A stretch of DNA of 64,000 nt, taken from the IMG/VR virus record IMGVR_UViG_3300046047_000262; one strand, 5' to 3'. This DNA is from a virus. The position numbers and the translations under genes are program-made. The notes under the pieces are model-generated. The model saw nothing but the letters and a program-made list of their open reading frames with translations. It had not been told where the DNA came from and ran no database searches. This document shows positions 14,817 to 25,202 of the stretch, one piece after another. Position 1 is the stretch's first letter. Each line of letters opens with the position of its first letter.

Positions 14817-15767
14817 TTATTTGTTTGGACCGATACCATTATCAATCAGTTTCTTCTTCATTTTCTTGTGGGCTGATGTCAGCGTCCTGTTGAATGTCTT
14901 CCTATCCATGTCCATGATTTCGCGGGCTTCGGCGTTGGTGATTCGTTTCTCGCCTTTCTCGGTCATCCTTCCAGGACCGTATACTAATCCAAGGATCTTC
15001 TTCTCATCATCGGTGAGATCGATCATGGCTTCGGCTATGGCCTTGCTGACGGCATTGCCTTCAATGATGTGGGATGGATCGAGGTCTCCCTGATTACCGA
15101 ATGTTGTAATCGCATCATCAGTTGGATTGATAATTTCGAGCAAGGATGAGTTACTGCCGTCATCATTGAATGCGGGTCCTTCCAATGAGAATGACATGGA
15201 GTTGAACATCATCATCTTATTATATTCAGCCTCATCAATCTTCTCGGATATAAGGATACCGTTCATGACTTCAGGTGTTATGGTTATACCTTTGTTCTTA
15301 GCCGCGGCGAGCTTATGGTTGATCGAGATGAGTTTTTCCACTTTCGACCTAGGGAACTTTGCCACTTTCGAGATGTCATGACCATGACGTTGAATGTAAT
15401 GGAATATCCATTTGGTGGCGTACGTGGAGAACTTGAATCCCCTGTCAGGATCGTATGTCTGCAATGCTCTGGCCATACCAGCCATGCCTTCGCTGATGAA
15501 GTCCTCCTCATCAACACCTACAGGGCAATCCTTATACATTCTGTGTGCCATTTTGAACACCAGCTTACGATTGGCATACGCGAGAAGGTTCGCGGCCTTC
15601 CTGCCATCCGCGAGTTCCTCCGGTGTAGCATCATCCGATCTGGATGCTTTGAGCAATCTGCCAAGGAACAATTCCTCTTGCAGATTGAAAAACTCGTTAC
15701 TGTAACCTTTAATGGTAAGCTCTTGTAGTGTTATCACGCTTTCGTTGCTTTCTGTCATCGTATCCAT
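14817..15767 (-). CDS. Sigma70-family sigma factor
   Basis: ANRKLV, YDPDRGFKFSTYATKWI (region 2), region 4-like C-terminus. Confidence 0.9.
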   Translation of the reverse strand: MDTMTESNESVITLQELTIKGYSNEFFNLQEELFLGRLLKASRSDDATPEELADGRKAANLLAYANRKLVFKMAHRMYKDCPVGVDEEDFISEGMAGMARALQTYDPDRGFKFSTYATKWIFHYIQRHGHDISKVAKFPRSKVEKLISINHKLAAAKNKGITITPEVMNGILISEKIDEAEYNKMMMFNSMSFSLEGPAFNDDGSNSSLLEIINPTDDAITTFGNQGDLDPSHIIEGNAVSKAIAEAMIDLTDDEKKILGLVYGPGRMTEKGEKRITNAEAREIMDMDRKTFNRTLTSAHKKMKKKLIDNGIGPNK

Positions 15768-15831
15768 ATATAATATTATGAATCATAAAAACGATTCCGC
15801 GAGAATCGCGTTAAGGAACGGTGAGTATCAA

Positions 15832-16506
15832 TCAACGAATCGAAGCGTACCCCAGCTCCTTGAACGCATTGGCTTCATCAGTAGACATGGCATCATATTT
15901 AGGGACGTAATTAGACCTCATTGATGCCGATGCGTGCTGTTCATCATTATTCGGATCCACCATGATAGATACGACGGGTTCCCCATCAGGTTGCCTACCA
16001 TCAATACCATTGATACCCATCCAGATGCTCGTATCACTACTGGTGTCATCCTTCATCCCAAGAACCCTGTCAGCCACGACTTCGATCTTCACGCCGTTAT
16101 CGACAAGTTTCCTTGCACCTGCGATCAGGCTTGGTTGTGCTTTGAATGATGAGAGAGGACCGTCGGCGGCTTCACTCATGGTCTGCGTGTAAGCGTCCTC
16201 GTCATCATGGAACCATGCGTGCTTGATGTCATCAGTGTCAACATCATCAAGCTGATCGGCGTCGAAACCCATCTTATCGATCATGAATGATCGCATGGAT
16301 TCGGATATGGAGTATGAATCCCTGTTGAAATCAACCGCGGTGAACTCATCCTTATGCTTGTTCAAGTATGATATGTACGCTTTGGCTTCTTTGGAATTGG
16401 CTCGATGATCGAAATGCGGGCATCTTCCGGCACCGGGATGCTTTGCTCTGCACACGGTAGTTGAGAACGTCCCATCGGCATTATGTATGATACCCATTCT
16501 ACGCAT
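15832..16506 (-). CDS. Hypothetical protein with N-terminal Cys/His tag
   Basis: AAAGGAG SD; H..CRAKHPGAGRCPHFDH. Confidence 0.8.
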   Translation of the reverse strand: MRRMGIIHNADGTFSTTVCRAKHPGAGRCPHFDHRANSKEAKAYISYLNKHKDEFTAVDFNRDSYSISESMRSFMIDKMGFDADQLDDVDTDDIKHAWFHDDEDAYTQTMSEAADGPLSSFKAQPSLIAGARKLVDNGVKIEVVADRVLGMKDDTSSDTSIWMGINGIDGRQPDGEPVVSIMVDPNNDEQHASASMRSNYVPKYDAMSTDEANAFKELGYASIR

Positions 16507-16576
16507 CTGTTTCCTCCTTTAAGTTCATTACTGTAATATATCTAACAATGCTAGGTCGATCACTGGTTATCAGGGT

Positions 16577-17467
16577 TCATAATGCCATGACTATCACGAA
16601 GATACTAATGATGATGATAACAGTGAACACGGGAATGAACACGAAGTTCTCAATGAGACCGCCTGCTTTTATCGGCAGTATTCTGATGTTATACCAGCAT
16701 TTACCCCTGATAGGAATAGGAGCGAGTATAGGATCACCCTGCGTGGTCAGGCAATCACCGAGTTCATGTATCAACCATCCGATACCGAATCCCACTCCCA
16801 TCATTGTGTAATCAGTGTTATCAGGTAGCATGGATATCAGCATCCATACGACACCTATGGAGAACAATGTCGGAATGACCGTTGATAACACGGGGCCTGC
16901 ACTTGATTTCATCTGTCTGAGAATCGGTTTAGCCAGTACTGACAATGCGATATGCGAAGCAATGAACGCTATGATGATCGCGAACGTCTTACCAGTAATA
17001 GTGAACCCCGAGATCGGTATATTGATCTTATCGGAGCATAGGAACGTAGCACCAGCGCCGAACAGGAATGCGGCTAATGCCGTATGGTAGAATCCACGAT
17101 GGGCTTCCTCAAGATCCTTATCGTATTTGGTGTGAACCAATGTCTTCAGTATAGGTGCTGTCACCCTCATGAACATTGATATGCCCTTACCAATGAACCC
17201 CAGTGATGATTTCGCTGATGACTGAGTGTTATCGAGATCCGGCATCAACGCACCACCAGCTATGACCAGAACCAATAATACGAGTACAATAATGCTCTTC
17301 GTATGGAATACCTGCTCATACCAGGCTTCCTTGAACGCGAACACCGCTAGGACAGCCGCCACAGCGGATAGAGCATGCGTGGTGCCCATGAACCCTGATT
17401 CATCAGCTAGTCGTTCACGTAACCTAGTCATCACGACATGCTTCCTAATAGTATCGATCATATTCAT
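16577..17467 (-). CDS. Membrane metal-dependent hydrolase (YdjM-like)
   Basis: MGTTH, PDLD, HRGFYH, HELGD motifs; several TM segments. Confidence 0.85.
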   Translation of the reverse strand: MNMIDTIRKHVVMTRLRERLADESGFMGTTHALSAVAAVLAVFAFKEAWYEQVFHTKSIIVLVLLVLVIAGGALMPDLDNTQSSAKSSLGFIGKGISMFMRVTAPILKTLVHTKYDKDLEEAHRGFYHTALAAFLFGAGATFLCSDKINIPISGFTITGKTFAIIIAFIASHIALSVLAKPILRQMKSSAGPVLSTVIPTLFSIGVVWMLISMLPDNTDYTMMGVGFGIGWLIHELGDCLTTQGDPILAPIPIRGKCWYNIRILPIKAGGLIENFVFIPVFTVIIIISIFVIVMAL

Positions 17468-17474
17468 TGAATAT

Positions 17475-17520
17475 CAAGAAACCCCGAGTATTTTTTATAA
17501 TGTATACTCGGGGTTTCTTG
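17475..17520 (-). terminator. Inverted repeat after topoisomerase A gene
   Basis: CAAGAAACCCCGAGTAT...ATACTCGGGGTTTCTTG. Confidence 0.65.
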
Positions 17521-17539
17521 TGATACCACTAGGATGGCA

Positions 17540-19963
17540 TCACGATACCAGACTGATGCCCATAGCCGGCGCGAACTTTCCTGTACGCTTGGTTGCTGGC
17601 GGGGGTGCTATGATCTTACCGTTCTGTATGACAGCCCCATCAACAATGGCATCAGTGATTTCATCATTACCGATAATCGTATGGCATTGAGTACCAGTAC
17701 CACCACGTGATTGCACGGTGATGTCACTGACAGGGGTGGTCTTCACACTATGCTTACTGATAGTGATCAGGTTATCCGACTTCTTCCGTGCCACCGTGAC
17801 CTTGACCACGGTATCATCACCCTTGAGCTTCATACCTGCGATACCGTTAGAACCTAATCCCGTAGGCTTGATATCATGCGGGTCGAACCTGAGTGTCTTG
17901 CCTTGGGCGGTCACCAGAATGACCGTCGCATCCGCCGGCATGTTCTCAGTGTTGACGGCACCGATGATACGATCATCGTCATCAAGGTTGATGAACTGCT
18001 TATCAGTCCAGTTATCCCTGAACTCGTACTTGTACTTCCTGACCTTACCATTCCTAGTGAATAGCATGACTTCGGAAGCATCAGGCATCAATGTTACCAA
18101 TGATACTTTCTTCGGTAACACTCCTAATGATTGGGCGTTCATGGGCTTGCCCTCAACAAGATACTGCATTGGCAATGAGTACGCAATGCCGTCATCAGCC
18201 ATCATGAGCACTCGACCCTTACTGGATGATTGCATCGTGGACGTGTAGGGTTGCCTTGCCCTGGAACCGATCTTGCTGTCAGATGCACTCTTAGGTTGAG
18301 TATCACTGAGCAGTATCTTACCATTCGCAAGAATCGTCACATTGGATTTTATATCCTTATCGGCTTTCCGGATGGACTTTCCTTCGCGTTTCATGATGGC
18401 ATTGACTTCATCCACAGTCATGGATGACACTTCGGTATACCTCTTATCACCGATGATTTTCTCCTCATTGGCGAGTTCCCCGTCAAGAACCTCGATAAGG
18501 GTGTCCTTATCATGAAGGATCTTATTAAGACCATCAATGTCTTCCTGTAACTGCTTCTTTTCCGATTTCAATGCGATACCATCTTGTTTCGTCAGTCGTT
18601 TCAATGGCATGGCAAGAATGTAATCAGCTTGTTCGGCAGTGATGTGGAACGCTTTGCGTAGCTTGTCCGCAGCTGTAGTAGAGTTCTCCGAATGCCTGAC
18701 AATGCTAATGACCTTATCAATGTCCACTAGCACGGTGATGATACCATCAATCATGCTCATTCTGGTCATCTTCGTATTGATAGCGTTGTTGCTTCTCAGG
18801 ATGATGCCATGCTCCCTAAGCATCAGGAAGTTCTTCACCAGTTCCCTGACACCCAGTACCACTGGTCTACCGCCGACGACAACGGTATTCAGCACGTGAT
18901 ACGATAATTGGAGTTTCGTGGCCGTCTTCTTGAATAATCCTGCGGCTACGGCTTCAGGGTTACCGTCACGTTTCACGTTGACCAGTAATCGCACATCATG
19001 CTTGTTCTTCTGACCAGTGTAATCATTGATATCAGATATGTACTTGCAGGATGGATCACCGTTACGAATAAGTTCACGAACCTTGTCCACAACGGTTCGC
19101 GTGGACACATCGGGTGGCAGCTCATAGAAGATGATCTTCGACTTACCTCGTTCACCATACTCAATGGTGTATTTCGATCTGATGGTGAATGAGCCTTTAC
19201 CAGTCTCATAGTATTCCTTGATGCCACTGGTACCCAGAATGATGCCACCAGTCCAGAAATCGGGTCCTGGCATGGCTTTCATCACCTCGTTGATACTGGC
19301 ATCAGGTTTTTTCAGTAACAGTCGGCAGAGTTTCAATGCTTCCGTAGGATTATGTGATGGCATTGACGCTGAGTATCCTACGGCGATGCCAGTGCTGTTA
19401 CCATTGATCAGAGCTACAGGCCATCTTGTGGGTAGGATCTTGGGTTCCAACAGTTTGCCGTCGAAGTTCTTCACCATTTCTGTTGAACCATTGCGTGTAT
19501 CCTCAAGAAGCTCCATGGCCGCTTGAGTAAGTTTGGTTTCAATGTATCTTCCTGCAGCAGGTTTATCACCTGGGTGCGGTCCGAAGTTACCTTTGCTTCC
19601 ATCAACCAGTGGTACTCGTAATGAGTATGGTTGTGCCATACGTGCGATGGTATCACCGTCAACTGCGTGCGGGTGGTAACGCATGACGTTACCTGCTATT
19701 CTACCTACCTTCATATTGCCTTTATTAGGTAATACGCCGTCCTCGAACATCGTCCAGATGATGCGGCGGTGGACTGGTTCCAGCCCGTCATCACCGTCAA
19801 CCAGTGCCCTGCCCCTGATGACTGACAGAGCGTAAATGAGATAGGTTTCCTTATTGAACTGGGATAAGTCTACATCAATGATCTCTTTCGCATTATCCTT
19901 GAAATCCTGCGGTGTGAGATCCGACCCGAAATCATCTGCGGCCGCTTTCTTCTTTCTTGCCAT
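17540..19963 (-). CDS. Type IIA topoisomerase subunit A (GyrA/ParC-like)
   Basis: DGLEPVHRRI, YHPH, AAGRYIE catalytic Tyr, GIAVG, GPDF, beta-pinwheel CTD. Confidence 0.93.
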   Translation of the reverse strand: MARKKKAAADDFGSDLTPQDFKDNAKEIIDVDLSQFNKETYLIYALSVIRGRALVDGDDGLEPVHRRIIWTMFEDGVLPNKGNMKVGRIAGNVMRYHPHAVDGDTIARMAQPYSLRVPLVDGSKGNFGPHPGDKPAAGRYIETKLTQAAMELLEDTRNGSTEMVKNFDGKLLEPKILPTRWPVALINGNSTGIAVGYSASMPSHNPTEALKLCRLLLKKPDASINEVMKAMPGPDFWTGGIILGTSGIKEYYETGKGSFTIRSKYTIEYGERGKSKIIFYELPPDVSTRTVVDKVRELIRNGDPSCKYISDINDYTGQKNKHDVRLLVNVKRDGNPEAVAAGLFKKTATKLQLSYHVLNTVVVGGRPVVLGVRELVKNFLMLREHGIILRSNNAINTKMTRMSMIDGIITVLVDIDKVISIVRHSENSTTAADKLRKAFHITAEQADYILAMPLKRLTKQDGIALKSEKKQLQEDIDGLNKILHDKDTLIEVLDGELANEEKIIGDKRYTEVSSMTVDEVNAIMKREGKSIRKADKDIKSNVTILANGKILLSDTQPKSASDSKIGSRARQPYTSTMQSSSKGRVLMMADDGIAYSLPMQYLVEGKPMNAQSLGVLPKKVSLVTLMPDASEVMLFTRNGKVRKYKYEFRDNWTDKQFINLDDDDRIIGAVNTENMPADATVILVTAQGKTLRFDPHDIKPTGLGSNGIAGMKLKGDDTVVKVTVARKKSDNLITISKHSVKTTPVSDITVQSRGGTGTQCHTIIGNDEITDAIVDGAVIQNGKIIAPPPATKRTGKFAPAMGISLVS

Positions 19964-20056
19964 GTATACCTTTCCTTACCCTTACATACGATTACAAGGC
20001 ACAACCCATAAGGTGCGCCTTGTATCATTATACCGTTATCTATGTGTTTTCACCGT

Positions 20057-20743
20057 TTACCTACGGCCACCACCGCCTAGAAGCTGAAGTATATCAAGGA
20101 AGATGTTCACAAAGTCAAGATACAATGATAATGCTATGAACGTTGAATAATTCGTGACATCCAATGATGAGCTTGAATCCTGTAGGGTCTTCACCATCTT
20201 AGCATCCTTGACCGTGACAATGGAGAACAATACCAAGGATATAGCTGACATAATCATCCACGGGATAGGTACCTTGAATAACAGCATGGCGACTTCGACG
20301 ACAATGAGAACAAGGATTCCAGCCGTGGCGATAACCGATATCTTCGTCAGATCGGCTTTTATCGTGAATCCAATGATGGTCAGCACGGCGAAGAACAACA
20401 CTGATGTCAGGAACGCCATGGTTATGGCCATTGTCGAGTACTGGGTGAACACGCTTGCTAACAGGAATCCGAAGAACGCCGCTTCACCATAGAGCACACA
20501 ATTCATGGCGGTATGCGAGATAGTCTGTATGCGTTTACCTACCCATATGTTCACTGCTATCATCGCGAACATCCCAACAAGAGCAGGGATGATGCCCATG
20601 TAGAATCCTATATAATTGGCAATGAAAGCCAGTACCGCCGATAGTGCTACTGCTGATCCTGCTTTCATGAAAGTCCTACGGATGATACTGTTATCATCCA
20701 CGTTATTGATTGTTGCCTGGTACGTTGTACTCATTATTAACAC
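20057..20743 (-). CDS. Bax inhibitor-1/YccA family membrane protein
   Basis: 7 TM; ALSLYLDFVNIFL. Confidence 0.9.
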   Translation of the reverse strand: MLIMSTTYQATINNVDDNSIIRRTFMKAGSAVALSAVLAFIANYIGFYMGIIPALVGMFAMIAVNIWVGKRIQTISHTAMNCVLYGEAAFFGFLLASVFTQYSTMAITMAFLTSVLFFAVLTIIGFTIKADLTKISVIATAGILVLIVVEVAMLLFKVPIPWMIMSAISLVLFSIVTVKDAKMVKTLQDSSSSLDVTNYSTFIALSLYLDFVNIFLDILQLLGGGGRR

Positions 20744-20746
20744 TTC

Positions 20747-21199
20747 CTACTCATTGATGTACTGGGATATCTTATCTTTCGTATCATTAGTAATATCGTA
20801 ATCATGATGAAGATTGATCGTAGTAATACCCGATATGGTTTTCACTGATTCCACTGACCAATTGGAAGGGTCAATAACCATCTTACCATCGTTGGTCAGA
20901 ATAGTGGCGTTAGTTACATCGAATCCCTTGGCGTTAAGTATGTTCAAAGCATTCGACCATTTCTGACCAGTGATAGCGTTGATGATGTCAGCACTCATCT
21001 TCCTGTCAGGTGTTTCCGTTGCAGTGCTATGCGTTGATGGTGCTGCACCTTCGGAAACGCTGGGTGACGGGTTCTTGTCATCGTTTGTCATCTTAAGATT
21101 GTTTGATGACATACCAGCGAACCCAAGAATAATGATAGTGATCACCGCCGAGATGACACATGCAGTGACGATCATTCTCTTATTGATTAACTCGTTCAT
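20747..21199 (-). CDS. Membrane-anchored protein with possible PASTA-like domain
   Basis: N-terminal TM, S/T/P linker, ITGQKWSNALNILNAKGF. Confidence 0.65.
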   Translation of the reverse strand: MNELINKRMIVTACVISAVITIIILGFAGMSSNNLKMTNDDKNPSPSVSEGAAPSTHSTATETPDRKMSADIINAITGQKWSNALNILNAKGFDVTNATILTNDGKMVIDPSNWSVESVKTISGITTINLHHDYDITNDTKDKISQYINE

Positions 21200-21897
21200 T
21201 ATGACTCCTTCTGCTGCATGATGGTATTAGCGATGGCGGTTCCCTGATCATCCGCATGATTGTCGTTCAGGTAATCCATTCCAGCCTGAGCATCAAGAAC
21301 TGCTTTCACGTTCAGATCCTTGGATTCATCGATGATACTTTGTTTGAACTTGCTGAGTGAGGCACTGATGTTATCAATACTGCTTGCATCGGGATACAAG
21401 TCCGGACGATTACTATAATCCGATCTGATCTTCATGAGTGATGCTGCGGTAAGGAACTTGGAATTGAACTCCTCGCGGATCGGTTCCAAGGGCACTCCCC
21501 TGAGAGTGGCGAGTTGTTCGAGATCATTATAAGCATTGATGATCTCTATGGCATCGGGATCGGTTGATGCCAATGGTGCCAGAATGTCTATAGGTGATCC
21601 TTTGCCTGTATCATATGTGGCTTGTTCGGCATCGTCCTGTTGTGATTGCGCTTCGGCTTTGGCCTTATTGATTGCGGCTTGTTCCTTGGCTTTACGTTTC
21701 TTGTACGCGGATGATGCCATGAGAATACCGAATACGATGGAGAACACCGCGGCGAACGTCAATGCGAACACTGCCAACCATGATAGCAATGATCCGACTA
21801 CACTGATGATCACCAGTATGCCGATGGTCTTCAAGATCCAATGGTTGCTCATGCTTCTCCTCTTTCTATGTGACATATACAATACCAATATTATCAA
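21199..21897 (-). CDS. Hypothetical membrane protein
   Basis: Two N-terminal TM segments, helical C-terminus; start probably 21876 or 21852. Confidence 0.7.
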   Translation of the reverse strand: MIILVLYMSHRKRRSMSNHWILKTIGILVIISVVGSLLSWLAVFALTFAAVFSIVFGILMASSAYKKRKAKEQAAINKAKAEAQSQQDDAEQATYDTGKGSPIDILAPLASTDPDAIEIINAYNDLEQLATLRGVPLEPIREEFNSKFLTAASLMKIRSDYSNRPDLYPDASSIDNISASLSKFKQSIIDESKDLNVKAVLDAQAGMDYLNDNHADDQGTAIANTIMQQKES

Positions 21898-21930
21898 ATA
21901 TCCGAGTACAAAGCAAGTGATGTTTCAATG

Positions 21931-22770
21931 TCAACAATAATACTCATTACCATCGTATTCCTGTGCCTTGCCTACCGCATCGGGGATGACCCACTCAGGT
22001 GGTAGATCGGGGTCGTTCTTGGCATCCTCCAAAGCATCGAATATCCTGTACATGATGTCATCCGACAGCAAGTGCAGGAACAATGCGTTCTTCAGATCCT
22101 GTCCTTGCATCTCACCCTCATTGAACTGGGCTCTGATGTAACGATCAAGGTAACTGATGATCTTGATCGTCAGGGGTAGCTGTTTGTAATCATACATCTT
22201 AGCCAGCATGCTTGCCGACACGTTGCGCCATAATAACTGTGCTTCCTCATCCCATAATTGACTGTCAAGGAACTCTATGGCATTATGCTTCTCGTTATCG
22301 CTCATCCCAGGGCGCCTAGTAATGAGATCGGTCAGGATACCCTCTAAGGATTCGACAACCTCAGCTACAACGCTGACGGCATCAATGTCAGCAGCATGTA
22401 TACCAAGACTATCAGCGATTTTAATGATGTTCTTATTACTGAGATCATCCATTCTGAATGGTCGACGTTTCTTGTTCTCGTATAACCATGGCGTACGTTT
22501 CATGGATGTTATCTTGGTTTCAATGAGATCAGTGATGATATCACTGAAAACCGCATGGGTTTCTATTCTGTATTCCTCCTGAAGGTAACTATCAGCGAAC
22601 GCTGGACCATTGTATCGTATACTGAAAATGAATTCAAGGGTCTCCCTGTCCAACCATATGGGGAAGCCGATATCAGCATCCCTATCGAAATAGCTGTTAT
22701 CGGCTTTCTTTACTGGTCTGATCTTTGATTCATCATCGATACCATTCGTCACAAGCGTGCTTTCTCTCAT
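21931..22770 (-). CDS. Hypothetical protein
   Basis: 279-aa ORF in co-oriented run. Confidence 0.75.
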   Translation of the reverse strand: MRESTLVTNGIDDESKIRPVKKADNSYFDRDADIGFPIWLDRETLEFIFSIRYNGPAFADSYLQEEYRIETHAVFSDIITDLIETKITSMKRTPWLYENKKRRPFRMDDLSNKNIIKIADSLGIHAADIDAVSVVAEVVESLEGILTDLITRRPGMSDNEKHNAIEFLDSQLWDEEAQLLWRNVSASMLAKMYDYKQLPLTIKIISYLDRYIRAQFNEGEMQGQDLKNALFLHLLSDDIMYRIFDALEDAKNDPDLPPEWVIPDAVGKAQEYDGNEYYC

Positions 22771-22802
22771 TACCCAATCAAGTGATCACCATTAAGGTAT
22801 AT

Positions 22803-23669
22803 TCAGCTTCCTAGGAATACACCTGCGAGCAACGCGATGATACTCAAGAATGTCACTGATGCTGCTGCTATCGTGGTGAATCGGATTTCCTGCCTCTTAC
22901 CCATCTCATATTTCCAACGTTCATCATCTGATAGACCACTGACGTATGCGAATTCTTCGGGATCACCAATAGGCTCGTAATCGGTCTTAGAATCAATCCA
23001 CTCAGTGAAGACCTCCTTCTCAGTCTTCCCGTCATCATTCACAGGCTCCTGATCGTGTGTGGTTTCATTACCGCTGGCTGGCACTGATGCTTCGGTGGAT
23101 TCGATCGCACGGGCCTCACTAGTCTTCTTGACGGCTTCGGCCAGTGATGCTGCCGGATTGTCAACAATGATGTGGATACCATTGGTCTCATCGAGTTTCA
23201 AGGTTACGTCCACTGGACCATTATGTACTGTTAACAGGTTGTCATTGAACCTCTTATGAATCTCTTTGACCACTAATGTGGATCGCCTTTTAGATAAGGT
23301 GGTATCATCCTCATCATAATGGGCGATGCCAGTAGTGTCATCAAGATGAAGCATCGCACCCTGATCATTGACAATGGCATCGTTGATCAAAGTATCAACA
23401 AAACCTTTCGCTGTCCAAGTCGCGGTCTTCTTCTCAGTTATGGATGGTGCTGGATCCTTCTTGTTGACAGTTGTCTTCGTGTTGGTAGCAGTTGGTTTCA
23501 CTGTTTTCGCTGATTCGTTGAATTGTCGATCCCTGCGGACAGTAGCTGGGCTTACATGAAGCTTAGCAGCAATATCCTTGTCGTTCAATCCTTCAGTGAC
23601 GTATTTTCTGACTGATTCACGGCGGTCATCACGATCCTGTTTTTGGGTGTTCTTTACTGTATCTGTCAT
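22803..23669 (-). CDS. N-terminal HTH, C-terminal TM protein
   Basis: GLNDKDIAAKLHVSPATVRRD; hydrophobic C-terminal tail. Confidence 0.75.
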   Translation of the reverse strand: MTDTVKNTQKQDRDDRRESVRKYVTEGLNDKDIAAKLHVSPATVRRDRQFNESAKTVKPTATNTKTTVNKKDPAPSITEKKTATWTAKGFVDTLINDAIVNDQGAMLHLDDTTGIAHYDEDDTTLSKRRSTLVVKEIHKRFNDNLLTVHNGPVDVTLKLDETNGIHIIVDNPAASLAEAVKKTSEARAIESTEASVPASGNETTHDQEPVNDDGKTEKEVFTEWIDSKTDYEPIGDPEEFAYVSGLSDDERWKYEMGKRQEIRFTTIAAASVTFLSIIALLAGVFLGS

Positions 23670-23689
23670 ATTCGTTTACCTTTCTGCGA

Positions 23690-24241
23690 TCAAGCTAGGA
23701 ATTCCTCTACGAATTGTAGAAGTTCCTTATAATCATTGATTCGTGTCTGTAAGTCGTGAATCTTACCAGCTTCCTCGTAAGCTTCCTTTGAAGCTGGGAA
23801 TTCAGTGGTGCCTCCTGTTACTGCTCTGGCGGCATCAGGGTCAGCGATGGCGGCAAGTTCCCAATGTGCACGCCGCTTGTCACGGGATTCGGAACCGAGT
23901 GCTATACCTGCTTTGAAATCGTCGGCTTCAAGAAGTGCTTCCTCTTTATCCAGTGTTTCCAATGCCGAGTTCAGTGCGGTACCGCTTAATAGCTTGGCAA
24001 TGAACTTGTAATCATCATCATCAACGCTTTTGGTAAGGAATCTGGCTATACCAAGAACCCTGGTATCCGATTCATCGTCAAGCTTACGTTTCCAATCCAG
24101 TACTTCTTCAACCTGTTTCGGTGTGATATTGGAAGGTCTCCTATTCCTATTAGGACTCTTCTTCGGTCTTGGCTTGCTTTCAGTTGGCTTGACCTGCTGG
24201 GATTCCTCTGAGAATGGGTTGAGATTGTTCTCATCCGACAT
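23690..24241 (-). CDS. Hypothetical protein
   Basis: AAAGGAG SD; 183 aa. Confidence 0.75.
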   Translation of the reverse strand: MSDENNLNPFSEESQQVKPTESKPRPKKSPNRNRRPSNITPKQVEEVLDWKRKLDDESDTRVLGIARFLTKSVDDDDYKFIAKLLSGTALNSALETLDKEEALLEADDFKAGIALGSESRDKRRAHWELAAIADPDAARAVTGGTTEFPASKEAYEEAGKIHDLQTRINDYKELLQFVEEFLA

Positions 24242-24306
24242 GTTTACGCTCCTTTGACTACTGGTGTTACCATTATGCGATCATAATAGCAATATCATCA
24301 TTAGCA

Positions 24307-24648
24307 CTATATCGTGGAACGTATTGATTGTACGATATCATGGTGAATAGTGTTCATGGTGACCACATTGCTTCCAGTCATGATGAACATGTCATGTACC
24401 GTTGTATTCGCTATCTGATTGAGCTTGTCAATGACATCCTGTTTCCTATAGGTACATGGAATATGGTATTGCCTGTGATTACAGGATGGTTCCAGATTGT
24501 TCTCATGGTGATCGACACTTACGTAGACGGTGCCCATGACGATACCTTGAACCTGGGTTTTGGAATCGTCAGCGGAGGTTATGATGGTTGCTATGTTCTG
24601 ATGATTATCAGCGTAATCAACCAATGTATCTTCAATCATGGTTCGCAT
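24307..24648 (-). CDS. Hypothetical protein
   Basis: AGGA SD; 113 aa. Confidence 0.55.
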   Translation of the reverse strand: MRTMIEDTLVDYADNHQNIATIITSADDSKTQVQGIVMGTVYVSVDHHENNLEPSCNHRQYHIPCTYRKQDVIDKLNQIANTTVHDMFIMTGSNVVTMNTIHHDIVQSIRSTI

Positions 24649-24911
24649 CTCGTTTCCTATCCTTATCCTTGTTTTTTCTTACTATTATTATAACAAAATG
24701 CATGGATAAACACGCATTAGAATCGTTGTTATTCCAACGATTATAAGGTTTTTTTACAGGACATTTATGTCCTGTTATCAGGATCGTTGTAATGGTGATA
24801 TTCTTCATTCCCATATGTTGTTAGATGATGGAAACTTGATATTATAGTAGTGATGATTGAAGCCCATTTCGGTGGGCTTCAACTCACTGCACTGAGAAGA
24901 AAAGGAGTATT

Positions 24912-25133
24912 ATGGTTACTGTATACAGTAAGGAAAATTGTCAGCGTTGCAAGGCGACGAAACGTAAGTTGAATGCTATGCATATTGATTATCGTGAAGT
25001 GGATGTCGAGGCGGTGCCGGCTGAGCGTGATAGGTTGCTTGGCATGGGGTTCAGGGAGATGCCCGTGGTTGATGCGGATGGTGACATGTGGTCAGGGTAC
25101 AGGGTTGACAGGTTGGCTTCATTGTCAGCATGA
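24912..25133 (+). CDS. nrdH: NrdH-like glutaredoxin
   Basis: VTVYSKENCQRCKATK, MPVV, WSGYR; AAGGAG SD. Confidence 0.93.
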   Translation: MVTVYSKENCQRCKATKRKLNAMHIDYREVDVEAVPAERDRLLGMGFREMPVVDADGDMWSGYRVDRLASLSA

Positions 25134-25159
25134 TGTCATTCTTGTAAACGAATAGTAAT

Positions 25160-25186
25160 GGGGGGCGGTGATGATCACCGCCCCCT
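25160..25186. terminator. Bidirectional terminator
   Basis: GGGGGCGGTGA-TGA-TCACCGCCCCC between convergent genes. Confidence 0.8.
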
Positions 25187-25202
25187 TATTGTATGCCCGT
25201 GA

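Noticed and set aside
17540-19963. Assigning the symbol gyrA
   Set aside because: No clear GyrA-box and no B subunit in the window, so gyrase versus Topo IV cannot be decided.
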